The notes below the pieces were generated by a model. It was given only the letters and a program-made list of their open reading frames with translations. It was not told where the DNA came from and searched no databases. Shown here piece by piece: positions 29,823-40,051 of a DNA stretch of 64,000 bases (positions are counted from its first letter, which is position 1; the number at the start of each line of letters is the position of its first letter). A program made the translations under genes and the position numbers. This DNA comes from an uncultured virus (IMG/VR IMGVR_UViG_3300023174_009220) (taxonomy: Duplodnaviria > Heunggongvirae > Uroviricota > Caudoviricetes): IMG/VR virus record IMGVR_UViG_3300023174_009220. One strand, given 5' to 3'.

Positions 29823-31595
29823 ATGCCTAAATTTTCAGCAATTACATTTTCTTTGCTTAAGTTAGAGGTGGAAAACTATCTTAAAGCCGAACACAATAAA
29901 GCCGGTATTTTATTTAGCCCTGCCTCGCCGTATGGTCAGATATTAAATATTATTGAAAATTTACACCAATTATCAATACTTTATCTAAAAAACGCGATTA
30001 ATCAATTTGACTTAGGCGATGCCAATTCCAATAATGAAAGAGTGATTAAAAATGCTGCAATTTTAGCAGGACATATACCTTTTAGATCAATTAGCGCCAC
30101 CGGGACTTTAAGATTTGTTAAAAAAGGTGGATTAAAAGAAGATGAACTACCAAACGGCGTCATCAAATTAATAAACCAAAGCACCATTAAAAACAAAACA
30201 AATTCTCTTTATTACTCATTTGATTTAGGAAAGTCTGAAGAAAATTTATTTGTTTTAGGACCAAATACTACAAATCAATTTTTTATAAGAATAATTCAGG
30301 GTCAATGGAAAGCCGCAACTTTCACAGGTGATAATAGACCACTTCAAACCTATTCAATCCAGGACTCAGAGGCCAAAGATGTTGAAAATTTTAACGTTGA
30401 AGTGCTTGTAAATGGTCAATACTGGACAATAAAAAAACACATTTATGACCTACTACCAGATGAACAAGCTTGTGTAGTAAGGACCGGATTTAATGGTGGA
30501 ATCGATGTTATATTTGGAAATGGTGGTTTTGGAGCCATTCCAGAGCTAACATCATCAATTAAAATTAGATATCTGCAATCAGACGGGTCTTTAGGCAACA
30601 TTTATAGAAGAACGGTCAATGATTGGAAATTCGTAACTGATATTTTTGACAGCAATGGCAAAACGATTGATATGGAAAAAATATTTGATATAGAGATTTA
30701 TAACGATATAAACTTTGGAAATGATAAAGAAGATTATAGATTTACAAAAAGTTTACTTCCAATAGCAACAAATAATTTTGTTTTGGCACTACCTCAACAC
30801 TATGTTTACGAGTTGAAAAAATTAGGGATTTTCACGCTTGTAAATGCTGAAGAAAAAAACGGAACCATCTATATTTATGCCGTGCCTGATATAAGAATAT
30901 TCAAAAGAAGTAATGAAACATATTTTACAATTCCTATTTCAAATGAAAAAGTCAACGCAACAGGTTATGCCAGTCAGACCGTTTATTCCTCTGCTTTTGA
31001 GCTAGACAGCTACGAAAGAAAAAAGATACTTAATTATTTAAGAAGTGGCGGTTTAACACAGTTGACTAAAAATTTTGTAATAAGGACTCCTAAGATGTCG
31101 TTTTATACCATGGAAGTTAAAGCAGTTAGATATAGCGACGCTACAACAGAATCGGTAAAATCACAAATCGTTAGTTTTATGTCTGAATATTTCCTAAATT
31201 TAACGAGATTAACAAGAATACCAAAATCAGATGTTATCAAAACGCTACTTTCATCGTCAGATATTTTTTCAATTGATATTAGATTTATTTCAAAAAAGAA
31301 CGAAGACTATCACAAAAACGCAATTGAGAATACGGTTATCGTGGATGGTAAAATACAATATCCGCCAAGTTATGATCCTAATAAAACTTTAGGGTTAGAC
31401 CCAATTTTAGGCGACATCATTTTCGAGGCTGATGAGTTACCGGTTTTAAGAGGTGGTTGGTATGATAGAATCGGAAACTACTATAAAGACGGTGATCCAA
31501 ATAGTATCAGCAACGGTCCTATTGTTTACTTAGAAATATCCGAGGTGAAAAAAGAAACTACAGTAGTCCCATCGGTTCCTAAAATTAAAAAATAA
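29823..31595 (+). CDS. baseplate wedge protein (T4 gp6-like)
   Basis: DVIFGNGGFGAIP...IKIRYLQSDGSLGNI; N-terminal A.LAGH.P.RS.SATG pattern. Confidence 0.65.
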   Translation: MPKFSAITFSLLKLEVENYLKAEHNKAGILFSPASPYGQILNIIENLHQLSILYLKNAINQFDLGDANSNNERVIKNAAILAGHIPFRSISATGTLRFVKKGGLKEDELPNGVIKLINQSTIKNKTNSLYYSFDLGKSEENLFVLGPNTTNQFFIRIIQGQWKAATFTGDNRPLQTYSIQDSEAKDVENFNVEVLVNGQYWTIKKHIYDLLPDEQACVVRTGFNGGIDVIFGNGGFGAIPELTSSIKIRYLQSDGSLGNIYRRTVNDWKFVTDIFDSNGKTIDMEKIFDIEIYNDINFGNDKEDYRFTKSLLPIATNNFVLALPQHYVYELKKLGIFTLVNAEEKNGTIYIYAVPDIRIFKRSNETYFTIPISNEKVNATGYASQTVYSSAFELDSYERKKILNYLRSGGLTQLTKNFVIRTPKMSFYTMEVKAVRYSDATTESVKSQIVSFMSEYFLNLTRLTRIPKSDVIKTLLSSSDIFSIDIRFISKKNEDYHKNAIENTVIVDGKIQYPPSYDPNKTLGLDPILGDIIFEADELPVLRGGWYDRIGNYYKDGDPNSISNGPIVYLEISEVKKETTVVPSVPKIKK

Positions 31596-31597
31596 AT

Positions 31598-31852
31598 ATG
31601 TTACAAGACCGACAACAATTACCCGAACTGAGATTCATTAAGAGTTTCCACGATGATCAAAGACCTAATTTTGCTTACGAAAATCAACTATTAAAAAAGA
31701 GTCTTTCACCCTATATGTATGGAAATGATGCTATGAAGGGGTTTCTAGATAAGATTGAACCGCTTGTTTCACTTTTATTTGATCATATGAATGTTATTAA
31801 AAACTTCAAAAACTATATGGTCGATAAATATCACTATAAACAGAGGGGTTAA
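31598..31852 (+). CDS. small protein after the baseplate gene
   Basis: 84 aa, 2 nt downstream. Confidence 0.6.
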   Translation: MLQDRQQLPELRFIKSFHDDQRPNFAYENQLLKKSLSPYMYGNDAMKGFLDKIEPLVSLLFDHMNVIKNFKNYMVDKYHYKQRG

Positions 31853-31901
31853 AAAACTATTTGTGAGGTTTAATATATAAAGAATAAAATTAATAATCAA
31901 A

Positions 31902-32540
31902 ATGTCTGATAAAAAAAATGTAGTAGGTTTTAAGAAGTTTTCTGAAATAAAAAAGAAGGATCATGAGGCTGAACCTATGCAACTTACGCCGCAGACTGAT
32001 TCGGATATTCCAATGAATCCTAATTTACCAAAGGACTCAAATAAAGTTGAAAGAATAGCCTCGAGAAAAAATCTGATTCTAAAAGACCAGAATTTAGAAA
32101 TTGATCCAGATAAAGACGAATTTATTAATGATATAGATCTAAATGACAGAACTCATGAGTCAAAAGTAGATTTTACTGGAAAAGTTGCAAAATTTCCAAA
32201 AAACACAAAGGCATCTAAAGCATTTAATTTTTTAGAAAACGTAAAAGTTTCAAAAAAATCTATTTGGTATTTAATGGTTGAAAAGCAAGACAATGAACTT
32301 CAGATGGTTAAGTATAACGTCAAAGAAGGTGTTGATTTAACTAAATTTGTTAATGAACTGAAAGTTTACTATACTTCTAAATATTCAACCGAACCTAAAG
32401 TTAAAAAACTAATTGAGTCTATTTATGTTGATGGCAATGACAAATACTCAATGATTAAAAACATTCCGCAAATTTCTGTAGAGGGTAAAAAAATGATTAC
32501 TAAGATTACAGAAGATTTAATAAAACTACTATCAAAATAA
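31902..32540 (+). CDS. late hypothetical protein
   Basis: TTAATATATA upstream; FKKFSE leader variant. Confidence 0.65.
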   Translation: MSDKKNVVGFKKFSEIKKKDHEAEPMQLTPQTDSDIPMNPNLPKDSNKVERIASRKNLILKDQNLEIDPDKDEFINDIDLNDRTHESKVDFTGKVAKFPKNTKASKAFNFLENVKVSKKSIWYLMVEKQDNELQMVKYNVKEGVDLTKFVNELKVYYTSKYSTEPKVKKLIESIYVDGNDKYSMIKNIPQISVEGKKMITKITEDLIKLLSK

Positions 32541-32549
32541 AATTTAATT

Positions 32550-33122
32550 TTAATTTAAGATACTATCGATTACAAAACTTTTTCTATCATCTATGTTTAT
32601 TTTAGACAAGTCTTGATGATTGATTCTTTCAATTTCTAAATATGATTTAATCCACCGCTCTAAGGTTTTAATCTCTTCATGTTGATGGAATCTTATACCA
32701 TCTTCAATATTAGTATCTAAAGCCGGAACAAAAAAGATGTGATCCACTAAATTTATATGCTTAAGTATTTCTTTTTGGACGTGGTTTATAGAAGCCACAT
32801 CTTTATTGCTTAATTTACTATCATAGAGCGATCGAAAATAAAAATAGTTCAATATAGAACTTGAATCACAAATGATATAGTCTTTGCTCTCTAGAAACAT
32901 TTTTTCCCTATTAAGTTGTTTATAGAAAATTATCATTTGATCCTGTGGTGAATTTGGAATACCATATTCCGCTATATAGTCCGTGGCGACCTCTGATACA
33001 AAAGCCGAATTTAAACCTCTTTTTTTCAATTCAGTGTGAACTTCAGCCGCCAGAGTGGATTTACCAGAAGCAGGAGGACCCATTACCATTATAAGTTTAC
33101 CTTTAGAATTGGAATCTTTCAT
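32550..33122 (-). CDS. AAA_28/NadR-like P-loop kinase
   Basis: GPPASGKST, SEVA, IICDSS, DGIRF. Confidence 0.8.
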   Translation of the reverse strand: MKDSNSKGKLIMVMGPPASGKSTLAAEVHTELKKRGLNSAFVSEVATDYIAEYGIPNSPQDQMIIFYKQLNREKMFLESKDYIICDSSSILNYFYFRSLYDSKLSNKDVASINHVQKEILKHINLVDHIFFVPALDTNIEDGIRFHQHEEIKTLERWIKSYLEIERINHQDLSKINIDDRKSFVIDSILN

Positions 33123-33582
33123 AAGTTAAAAAAGAATAATTATGTCTATTTTTTTCATCAGATAGAAAATCTTGTTTACTAGATACAAACCAATTTTCAT
33201 CTAATTTTGGAAAGGTAGTATCACCACTAAATTCACTATCTACAATCGTCATATAAATTTGTTCTGAAGCTTCTAAAAACTGCCTATAAATCTCACCACC
33301 ACCTATTACAAAGCAGTCGTTATTTGTTAAAAGAAGCGCCTCTTCAACCGAATTCACAACTTCTGCGCCATCAGCATTAAAATTCTCATCTCTACTGATA
33401 ATTATGTTTCTTCTACCTGGTAGAATTCTTCCAATGGACTGGAAGGTTTTTCTACCCATAACAATTGGATTGCCCATTGTTAATTCTTTAAATCTTTTTA
33501 AATCTTCTGGTAAATGCCATATCAATCTATTAGAGTCTCCAATCACTCTATTTTTAGACATAGCGACAATCAACTTAATCAT
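33103..33582 (-). CDS. folA: dihydrofolate reductase
   Basis: IVAMSKNRVIG, WHLPEDLKRF, MGRKT, LPGRRNII, IGGGEIY, GDTTFP. Confidence 0.97.
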   Translation of the reverse strand: MIKLIVAMSKNRVIGDSNRLIWHLPEDLKRFKELTMGNPIVMGRKTFQSIGRILPGRRNIIISRDENFNADGAEVVNSVEEALLLTNNDCFVIGGGEIYRQFLEASEQIYMTIVDSEFSGDTTFPKLDENWFVSSKQDFLSDEKNRHNYSFLTYERFQF

Positions 33583-34763
33583 TTTTTTGGAGCAAAGAAC
33601 TGACCGTTCATCTCTACCTTTTTCAAATCATCTGGTGTGAAACAATGTGGATGTGTTTTGATGGCCTGTAAAATTTCGTTAAAATTTTTAGTTGCTTCCT
33701 CCATTCTGCCAGTATAAAAACAGGCAGCTGCATGGGCTTCAGTAAATTTCCAGACATAGAGCGATTCGTCAACAAATAACAATCTATGTGGGTAAGGATT
33801 TTTTCCGTGAAAATTTTCTTTAGCAAATTTTGTATAAAGATAAGCCAAATGCCACTCGTTAACTCCAAGATAGTAGTCAATAACAGTTTTTATTGATTCA
33901 CCTCGAGCTGGATCGATTGCGTAAGCCTTAAGACATTCTTGTAAATTCATGTGCCAGGGTTCTTCTAAGACTCTCATGATAGTTCCTATTCTAAATTGAG
34001 AATAATAAATCTCTTCTGGGTATCCATCTGGTCGACTAACTCTTTCTCTGTAATATTTTAGAGCCCTCCTCAATCTTTCTTCGTTTTCTTCTCTATTGTC
34101 TGGAACCGAAGCAGAGTCGTGATATGATTGAGCGGTATAAAAAATCCATCTTGGGTCTTGTCTATTATCATCAATGTATTTTTCAAGAACAAAAGCGTGT
34201 GATTTGTATTTTTTTGATATGTCTCCTTTCCAGGAGTTTCCAATCATTTTAACATCAACATGAATTCCTTCGGCTAAACCGGAAGTGATGTCTTTCTTAT
34301 CACAAATTATGAACTCGTGAACTGGACCATACCATCTAAAAGGTAAAGAAACTCTGAAAAAAGTATTTCTCGTGTATTTCATTTGACCAATAAATGTATT
34401 AATCATATAAAGATCATTTTTGAATTGTGATTTTGAAAATTCAGAAGAAACAACCATAGTTTCATCACAGTCGCACCAGTAGCCATGAACTTCATTTGGA
34501 TTCCAACCCAATTCACTGACTACATCTCTTAATTTTTGCATTGCATGATTTCTACTACTTTCAAAATCATCAAAGGGTCTTTCGAAAACATAGGTAGGTA
34601 TATTATTCATCTCACCCCATTTTTTGATTATATCTTGAGTTCCATCAGTAGATCCAGTGTCATTACAGACTATAAGATCAACAATTGGTTTATTACTGTC
34701 TAGCATTTTTTCGATGACATGTGATTCATCTTTGCAAATAAAATTTAAGGCTAATTTTCCCAT
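33579..34763 (-). CDS. GT2-family glycosyltransferase with TPR-like C-terminus
   Basis: ICKDESHVI, DTGSTDGT, DCDE, GPVHE. Confidence 0.85.
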   Translation of the reverse strand: MGKLALNFICKDESHVIEKMLDSNKPIVDLIVCNDTGSTDGTQDIIKKWGEMNNIPTYVFERPFDDFESSRNHAMQKLRDVVSELGWNPNEVHGYWCDCDETMVVSSEFSKSQFKNDLYMINTFIGQMKYTRNTFFRVSLPFRWYGPVHEFIICDKKDITSGLAEGIHVDVKMIGNSWKGDISKKYKSHAFVLEKYIDDNRQDPRWIFYTAQSYHDSASVPDNREENEERLRRALKYYRERVSRPDGYPEEIYYSQFRIGTIMRVLEEPWHMNLQECLKAYAIDPARGESIKTVIDYYLGVNEWHLAYLYTKFAKENFHGKNPYPHRLLFVDESLYVWKFTEAHAAACFYTGRMEEATKNFNEILQAIKTHPHCFTPDDLKKVEMNGQFFAPKK

Positions 34764-34811
34764 TTATGATTTAATATATTTTTTTATTTTATATGAATTT
34801 GATTGATTTGT

Positions 34812-35123
34812 TTAAGAAAATAGAAAATTTAATCTAATGTCTCTCAAAGTAGATTTATTTATCATATACATTTTATGAACTCTTATGCTCTGAAGAAGCC
34901 CAACACCATCAGTTGAGTGTTGAGCAACGGTTATGTGACCATCTAAATCAATGCCTCTAACAACATACGTGATATCATCTTTTAGAGATCTTGGATGACC
35001 ATTAGATTTTCTTCTAAAAACAACGACCTCATCACCTATATTGTAACTAATCTCTCCTCTTTTGATTTTATCGGTTATAACAACATTTATGATTTGGCGC
35101 ATAGGTCTAATACATTTAGTCAA
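34812..35123 (-). CDS. hypothetical protein with C-terminal tag
   Basis: ends STLRDIRLNFLFS. Confidence 0.6.
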   Translation of the reverse strand: MTKCIRPMRQIINVVITDKIKRGEISYNIGDEVVVFRRKSNGHPRSLKDDITYVVRGIDLDGHITVAQHSTDGVGLLQSIRVHKMYMINKSTLRDIRLNFLFS

Positions 35124-36018
35124 TCAGATTTTTCATCTTCCAGGCTTCGTAAGTATTTAGAATCAGACCAGATATTGTCATTGGTCCAACACCACCTGGA
35201 ACAGGTGTCACCCAGCTGGCTTTCTCAGAAATTGCTTCAAAATCGCAATCACCAACCAATTTACCAGATTCCAGTTTATTAATACCAACATCGATAACAA
35301 CAGCACCTGATTTAATCATATCAGCTGTTACAAAAAAAGGCCTTCCGACAGCAACAATTACAATGTCAGCCTTTTTACATTCTTCATCTATTAGTGATTT
35401 TGGCGTATTGATATCGCAAGATGTAACCGTTGCTCTACCAATGTTGAAGTCATTACCCAACATAATTGAAACAGGTTTTCCAACTATATTCGACCGACCT
35501 ATCACCACAATATGTTTTCCCTTTGTCTCAATTTTATAATACTCAATGAGTTTAAGTATACCATAGGCGGTTGCTGGTCTCATAGATTTCTGGCCAAGTG
35601 CCATTTTACCAAAGTTTAGGGGATGAAATCCATCTATATCTTTGTAAGCACTTATCTCATTAATAATGGATTCAGCTTTTATATGAGCAGGCAAAGGCAG
35701 TTGAACAATAAATCCATCGTAGTAAGACTTATTTAATCTTTTAACTTCTTCTACTAACTCAAATGCAGTTATGGTGTCACCAAATCTAATCACATCATAA
35801 TTTATTCCGGCTTTTTCACATGCTTTAGTTTTTCCCTTAACATAACTTTCAGATGCCGGATTATTTCCAACCAAAACAATAGCCATAGTTGGTCTGGCTA
35901 ATCTGGTGTTATTTTTAATGTGTTTGGAAATTTGTTCTTTAACATTTTGAATAATTTCACCAGATACAATTTTACCATCAAGAATATTTGATACTTTATT
36001 TTTTACAAGATTACTCAT
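35116..36018 (-). CDS. folD: bifunctional methylene-THF dehydrogenase/cyclohydrolase; start likely 36018
   Basis: ILDGK, SYVKGK, IVQLPLP, KDIDGFHP, GRSNIVGKP, TPVPGGVGPMT. Confidence 0.95.
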   Translation of the reverse strand: MSNLVKNKVSNILDGKIVSGEIIQNVKEQISKHIKNNTRLARPTMAIVLVGNNPASESYVKGKTKACEKAGINYDVIRFGDTITAFELVEEVKRLNKSYYDGFIVQLPLPAHIKAESIINEISAYKDIDGFHPLNFGKMALGQKSMRPATAYGILKLIEYYKIETKGKHIVVIGRSNIVGKPVSIMLGNDFNIGRATVTSCDINTPKSLIDEECKKADIVIVAVGRPFFVTADMIKSGAVVIDVGINKLESGKLVGDCDFEAISEKASWVTPVPGGVGPMTISGLILNTYEAWKMKNLID

Positions 36019-36356
36019 TATTTCCAAAAAATTTGAACAGCTAAGATTGCACAAGATAAAATAAGACAAATAAGAGTTTTTAGACTCACTCCTTCACCAA
36101 AAAGTAAAATAGACATGGCCGTAAAAACAACAATTCCAATAGAAAATCCGATTAGTCTACCTGGCCAAAGTTGACCATCACTCCAGATATATACCTGTCT
36201 GACTGATTCTATAAAAAACCAAGATATAGGTATTCCAGCAAGTAAAACAATAAATTTGTTGTTGATTAAAATTTCATATTTCAAACTACCCTGAATTTGT
36301 AAAAAAACAAGAACTTGCGCAATCGCACCATAGATAATTCCCCAAATTAAATTCAT
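36018..36356 (-). CDS. small four-TM membrane protein
   Basis: 112 aa hydrophobic, DMT/SMR-like size. Confidence 0.65.
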   Translation of the reverse strand: MNLIWGIIYGAIAQVLVFLQIQGSLKYEILINNKFIVLLAGIPISWFFIESVRQVYIWSDGQLWPGRLIGFSIGIVVFTAMSILLFGEGVSLKTLICLILSCAILAVQIFWK

Positions 36357-36362
36357 AAATAT

Positions 36363-36836
36363 TTATTTAATCGCCTCAGAAACTATGATTTTTTGTAAGT
36401 TTACTGGTGAATAGTTGATTGATTTTAGTATTTTATTATCCGACATCCTATAGACAACCCACTTATCACCAACTCTTTTATACATAGACTCAACACCATC
36501 TCTTTTTTTGTAATGTGAAATAGTCATAAGGGCCTCCTGAATTGAAGAACAGGCTTTTGACATATTACTCCTTTGGACTTCATTAAATAGCTGTTCAAAT
36601 TTATCACCAAGACCAAATTCTAAAACAGCCCCTGATAAAACATATTGTAGGTCACAAAGAGCATCGGCTACTTCTACGATATCTCCCTTAGTGATAGCAG
36701 ACTTTAACTCATCTAACTCCTCCTGTAGAAGTGACACTCTAAGTCTACACCTATCTTCAGAAGGTATTTGTGGGGTTTCAAGCACTGGAGCATCAAATGT
36801 GTTATGAAACTCTTTAACTTTTGATATATAATTCAT
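36363..36836 (-). CDS. MazG/PRA-PH-like NTP pyrophosphohydrolase
   Basis: VKEFH, LLQEELDEL, EVADALCDLQYV, EVQRSNMSK. Confidence 0.9.
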   Translation of the reverse strand: MNYISKVKEFHNTFDAPVLETPQIPSEDRCRLRVSLLQEELDELKSAITKGDIVEVADALCDLQYVLSGAVLEFGLGDKFEQLFNEVQRSNMSKACSSIQEALMTISHYKKRDGVESMYKRVGDKWVVYRMSDNKILKSINYSPVNLQKIIVSEAIK

Positions 36837-36894
36837 GTTTTATTTTTTATATTAATTGTTTAATATATAAGTTGTAAAAATTATATCAAAAATT

Positions 36895-38010
36895 ATGAAA
36901 TATGTAAGAAGTTATGAATCTTTTAGACAAAGTCAAATAGATACCGACTCTCAAGTAAACGAAGAGATTTTTGGCGGCTTAGGAAAATTATTGAGCGCCG
37001 CAACAGGGGCTTTCAAAAACTTCCTAACAGGTATACAAGCACCGTTTAAATCTCTATCAGATGACTTTAAAAAAGGACTTAAAAGAGCAGATTTGAAAGC
37101 AAAGATAACTGCTATGTTGGACAAACTTCTTAAAACCACCACCGATAGCATCAACAAAGCAGAAGACGAATCAGCTTTGAATAATATTTCCGACCAATTC
37201 GATAAGTCATTTGAAGAACAGTGTGCTGAAATAGACAAACAAATTAAATCCGTAAAAGAATCAAGACTTATAAACGAGGGTCTAAAAGACTCACTTATTG
37301 CCGGTCGAGTTATGCTTGGTATAGTAAAACAAAAAGCAGCCGAAATCAAAATGGAGTTTGATAAAAAATTCGCTGCCGCCAAAGACTTAGCTGCAAAAAA
37401 GGCAACCAGAATAGCAGAGATAAAAACAATCATAGACGACTTTAAAAAGAAAGTCACAGACGATAAATACATCGACGAGCAAATCACAAAATATGAAACG
37501 GCAAATAAAATAGAAGGCTCAGAACAGTCTGAATCAACTATAGTCTTAGACTGGGGTGATGTTGACATTGAGGTTGCTGAATTGAAAGGGGAAGAATCGA
37601 CTAAAAATCCAGGTTACTTTAAAGTTGTCAAATCTGGTAGTAAAAAGTTAAAGGTAGCAGAAGGTGAGGTTGTTCTAGCCAAAATAGCAGGAGAAGTAAA
37701 AAAAGGAGACAGGGTCAAACTAACTGAAATTTTACGAAATGGAAAACTAGATGCACTTAAAGAATACGAGACCGGAGCAATTGAAAAAATTGAAGTTGCC
37801 GGTAAAGAAGTCGACAAACATGTTTTTGGTGAACAAAAAGTTGAAGGTCAAGAAGACCTTACTAAAACTTTAGGTGAAGTAAAATCTAAGAACCCGGATT
37901 CTATTAAAAAATTAGGACAAGTCGCTGGTCTTTACGCGGACCCTGATAAAAATAAAGATAAAATCGAAGAACTCGAAAAGATTTTAGGCGAAGGTGAAGG
38001 TGAAGGTTAA
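36895..38010 (+). CDS. leader-tagged helical protein (candidate head-internal protein)
   Basis: MKYVRSYESF...VNEE; internal VKES, INEG; C-term GEGEGEG. Confidence 0.7.
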   Translation: MKYVRSYESFRQSQIDTDSQVNEEIFGGLGKLLSAATGAFKNFLTGIQAPFKSLSDDFKKGLKRADLKAKITAMLDKLLKTTTDSINKAEDESALNNISDQFDKSFEEQCAEIDKQIKSVKESRLINEGLKDSLIAGRVMLGIVKQKAAEIKMEFDKKFAAAKDLAAKKATRIAEIKTIIDDFKKKVTDDKYIDEQITKYETANKIEGSEQSESTIVLDWGDVDIEVAELKGEESTKNPGYFKVVKSGSKKLKVAEGEVVLAKIAGEVKKGDRVKLTEILRNGKLDALKEYETGAIEKIEVAGKEVDKHVFGEQKVEGQEDLTKTLGEVKSKNPDSIKKLGQVAGLYADPDKNKDKIEELEKILGEGEGEG

Positions 38011-38056
38011 TAACACAGAAGTCCTATGTTTTAATAGATAAAAATAAATACAAAAA

Positions 38057-39139
38057 ATGTCTCTTTATTGGAACAGGAGTAGATTTGTACCAGATGACCA
38101 AGGAAACTTAGTCTCAAACAATTGGTATCGCTCAAGATATGCCCCAGGTGCTTCTGCAAGCACAACTACTCTAAAGATGTTCAAAATTAATTTGTCCATC
38201 GAAAAAATGGCACTTAAAGGCAAAGATTCCTATTGGGATTTTTACAATTTTATAAACGAAATAATAAGTAAAAATTTATACGCTGATTTTGAGAGATCAC
38301 TATATTACTATTATGGAGTTGACATCAGTCAAGTTAAATCAATTGATTCAGTCAAAAAAAATATCTGGGAATCCATTCTTTTTCAAATAAACACACCGTT
38401 TTCAAATAAATTAAAAAAAATATATGATAACGAGCAAATCTACCAATTAGGCGTTAATATTTATTCAAATCTTGATAGCAAAGTTCAATTTACACTTACT
38501 GGTCCTCTATCATCTACATTCTCAATAACTGGTCTTACGCAATCTATTTCTATAAACAGAATTGATAAAACATTTAATATGGACTTTTTAAATGATAAAA
38601 TTAAATGGGTCAAAATAGACAGGTCTGAGTGGTCTGTAGTTTCTGGTGTTGATACTCCAATTTCGATCACAGCCTTACAACAATTTTATGTTGGGACTCA
38701 ATCAAACCAGGTAAGTCCGTATGAGTCGAAAAAATTAGAAATACCGGTAGAAGTATCAAGGCAATATATGATTTCAACAGAAGAAATAAGAACATCATCG
38801 GGTTCAAGTTCTTTATATAAATTATACTATAAATTTGAAGTTTCAAGAGATTCACACTTAGGAGAAATAAAAGAAAATGAAATCTACACACCAACATCGA
38901 ATTATCTATTTCAAAATAGAGAATATGCAAAATTGATAGGCGCAAGAAAAACCTATTTAGAAGTAAGTAAAAAAGTAGCACCTCTTACACCAATTAACCC
39001 CAACTATTCTACAATAAAAATCACAACTACACCTGGATTTTCAGAAACCTATATCTTTAACTACGATGATCCTACCTACACAGAAGATTACAATTTGCTT
39101 ATCAGGTATCAACAGGCTTTTTCTTACCTAAACTCTTAG
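38057..39139 (+). CDS. hypothetical protein, possibly structural
   Basis: 360 aa, Ser/Thr-rich. Confidence 0.6.
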   Translation: MSLYWNRSRFVPDDQGNLVSNNWYRSRYAPGASASTTTLKMFKINLSIEKMALKGKDSYWDFYNFINEIISKNLYADFERSLYYYYGVDISQVKSIDSVKKNIWESILFQINTPFSNKLKKIYDNEQIYQLGVNIYSNLDSKVQFTLTGPLSSTFSITGLTQSISINRIDKTFNMDFLNDKIKWVKIDRSEWSVVSGVDTPISITALQQFYVGTQSNQVSPYESKKLEIPVEVSRQYMISTEEIRTSSGSSSLYKLYYKFEVSRDSHLGEIKENEIYTPTSNYLFQNREYAKLIGARKTYLEVSKKVAPLTPINPNYSTIKITTTPGFSETYIFNYDDPTYTEDYNLLIRYQQAFSYLNS

Positions 39140-39169
39140 GACATTTTTTATATAACAATAAAAAAACTT

Positions 39170-39664
39170 ATGGAATTAAGAATAGCAGATTTCGAAAAAT
39201 TGACTGGTCACTATCAAAGATTTAGAGACGGTATGAAAGTAATAGAACACAAAAAAGAAGAATTTCTAAAAAGGATCGAGCCTCTCAAAAATGAAATGAA
39301 TAACATTATTCAAGCTCATAACTCTGGACTTGTGTTAGATAATAGATCAAGCGCTGAAAGGCAAAAAAGATTTACAGAACTTCAGCAAGAATTTATGTCC
39401 CTGGAGAAGGATATTAATTTTGAATTAAAAAAATATAAAGAAAATTTAACCAAAAATGTTTATGATGACTTAGAGGATTTAGTCAAAAATTATGCTGTTG
39501 ATAATAAAATTGACTGTGTTATGGGTAAATTAGAATGTGTTTATATCTCACCTGAATTTGAAATCACAGACGAAATCTTAGAAGTCTTAAAATCTAAAGG
39601 TCAATTTGTTGAGATGCCGATTGAAAAAGAAGAGCAAGAGGCTGAAAGTCAACACCTATCTTAG
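39170..39664 (+). CDS. Skp/OmpH-like chaperone lacking a signal peptide
   Basis: IADFEKL, long coiled coil, VKNYAVDNKIDCVM, EITDEILEVL. Confidence 0.7.
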   Translation: MELRIADFEKLTGHYQRFRDGMKVIEHKKEEFLKRIEPLKNEMNNIIQAHNSGLVLDNRSSAERQKRFTELQQEFMSLEKDINFELKKYKENLTKNVYDDLEDLVKNYAVDNKIDCVMGKLECVYISPEFEITDEILEVLKSKGQFVEMPIEKEEQEAESQHLS

Positions 39665-39999
39665 AAAATCTCAATAAAATCCTGTTTTACTAAGACATCA
39701 TCACTGTAAAAATTTACAGACCATTTACCGTGAGATAAATTGGCTTGGAATTCATCCATAACATCACTGGTGACATCAACAATCAATAGAGTAGAATCCG
39801 ACAGTTTCTCTAATTTTATTTGCTCGCAATTACCAACCCAAGAAATTGAAACGCTGCTGTTGTTACTTTCAATCCAATATTTGAAATAAGGCACTCCCTG
39901 ATGGTCAGCTATTCTGATATCTAAACTATCGCTTTTTGATAATTGTTGTGAAAATGAAAAGTTTGCAATGAGTAGAAGTAAGATGGTTAGGTGTTTCAT
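39661..39999 (-). CDS. secreted hypothetical protein; start 39999
   Basis: MKHLTILLLLIANFSFSQ; TATCTTTG at 40018-40025 (-). Confidence 0.65.
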   Translation of the reverse strand: MKHLTILLLLIANFSFSQQLSKSDSLDIRIADHQGVPYFKYWIESNNSSVSISWVGNCEQIKLEKLSDSTLLIVDVTSDVMDEFQANLSHGKWSVNFYSDDVLVKQDFIEIF

Positions 40000-40051
40000 A
40001 AAGATTTTTAATTTAGACAAAGATATAAAAAATTTATAAGTTCTAAAAACT

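Noticed and set aside
36951..37817. Long antisense ORFs (also 57062..57538, 21881..22123 and those inside 58544..64000)
   Set aside because: Shadows of real genes on the opposite strand or in another frame
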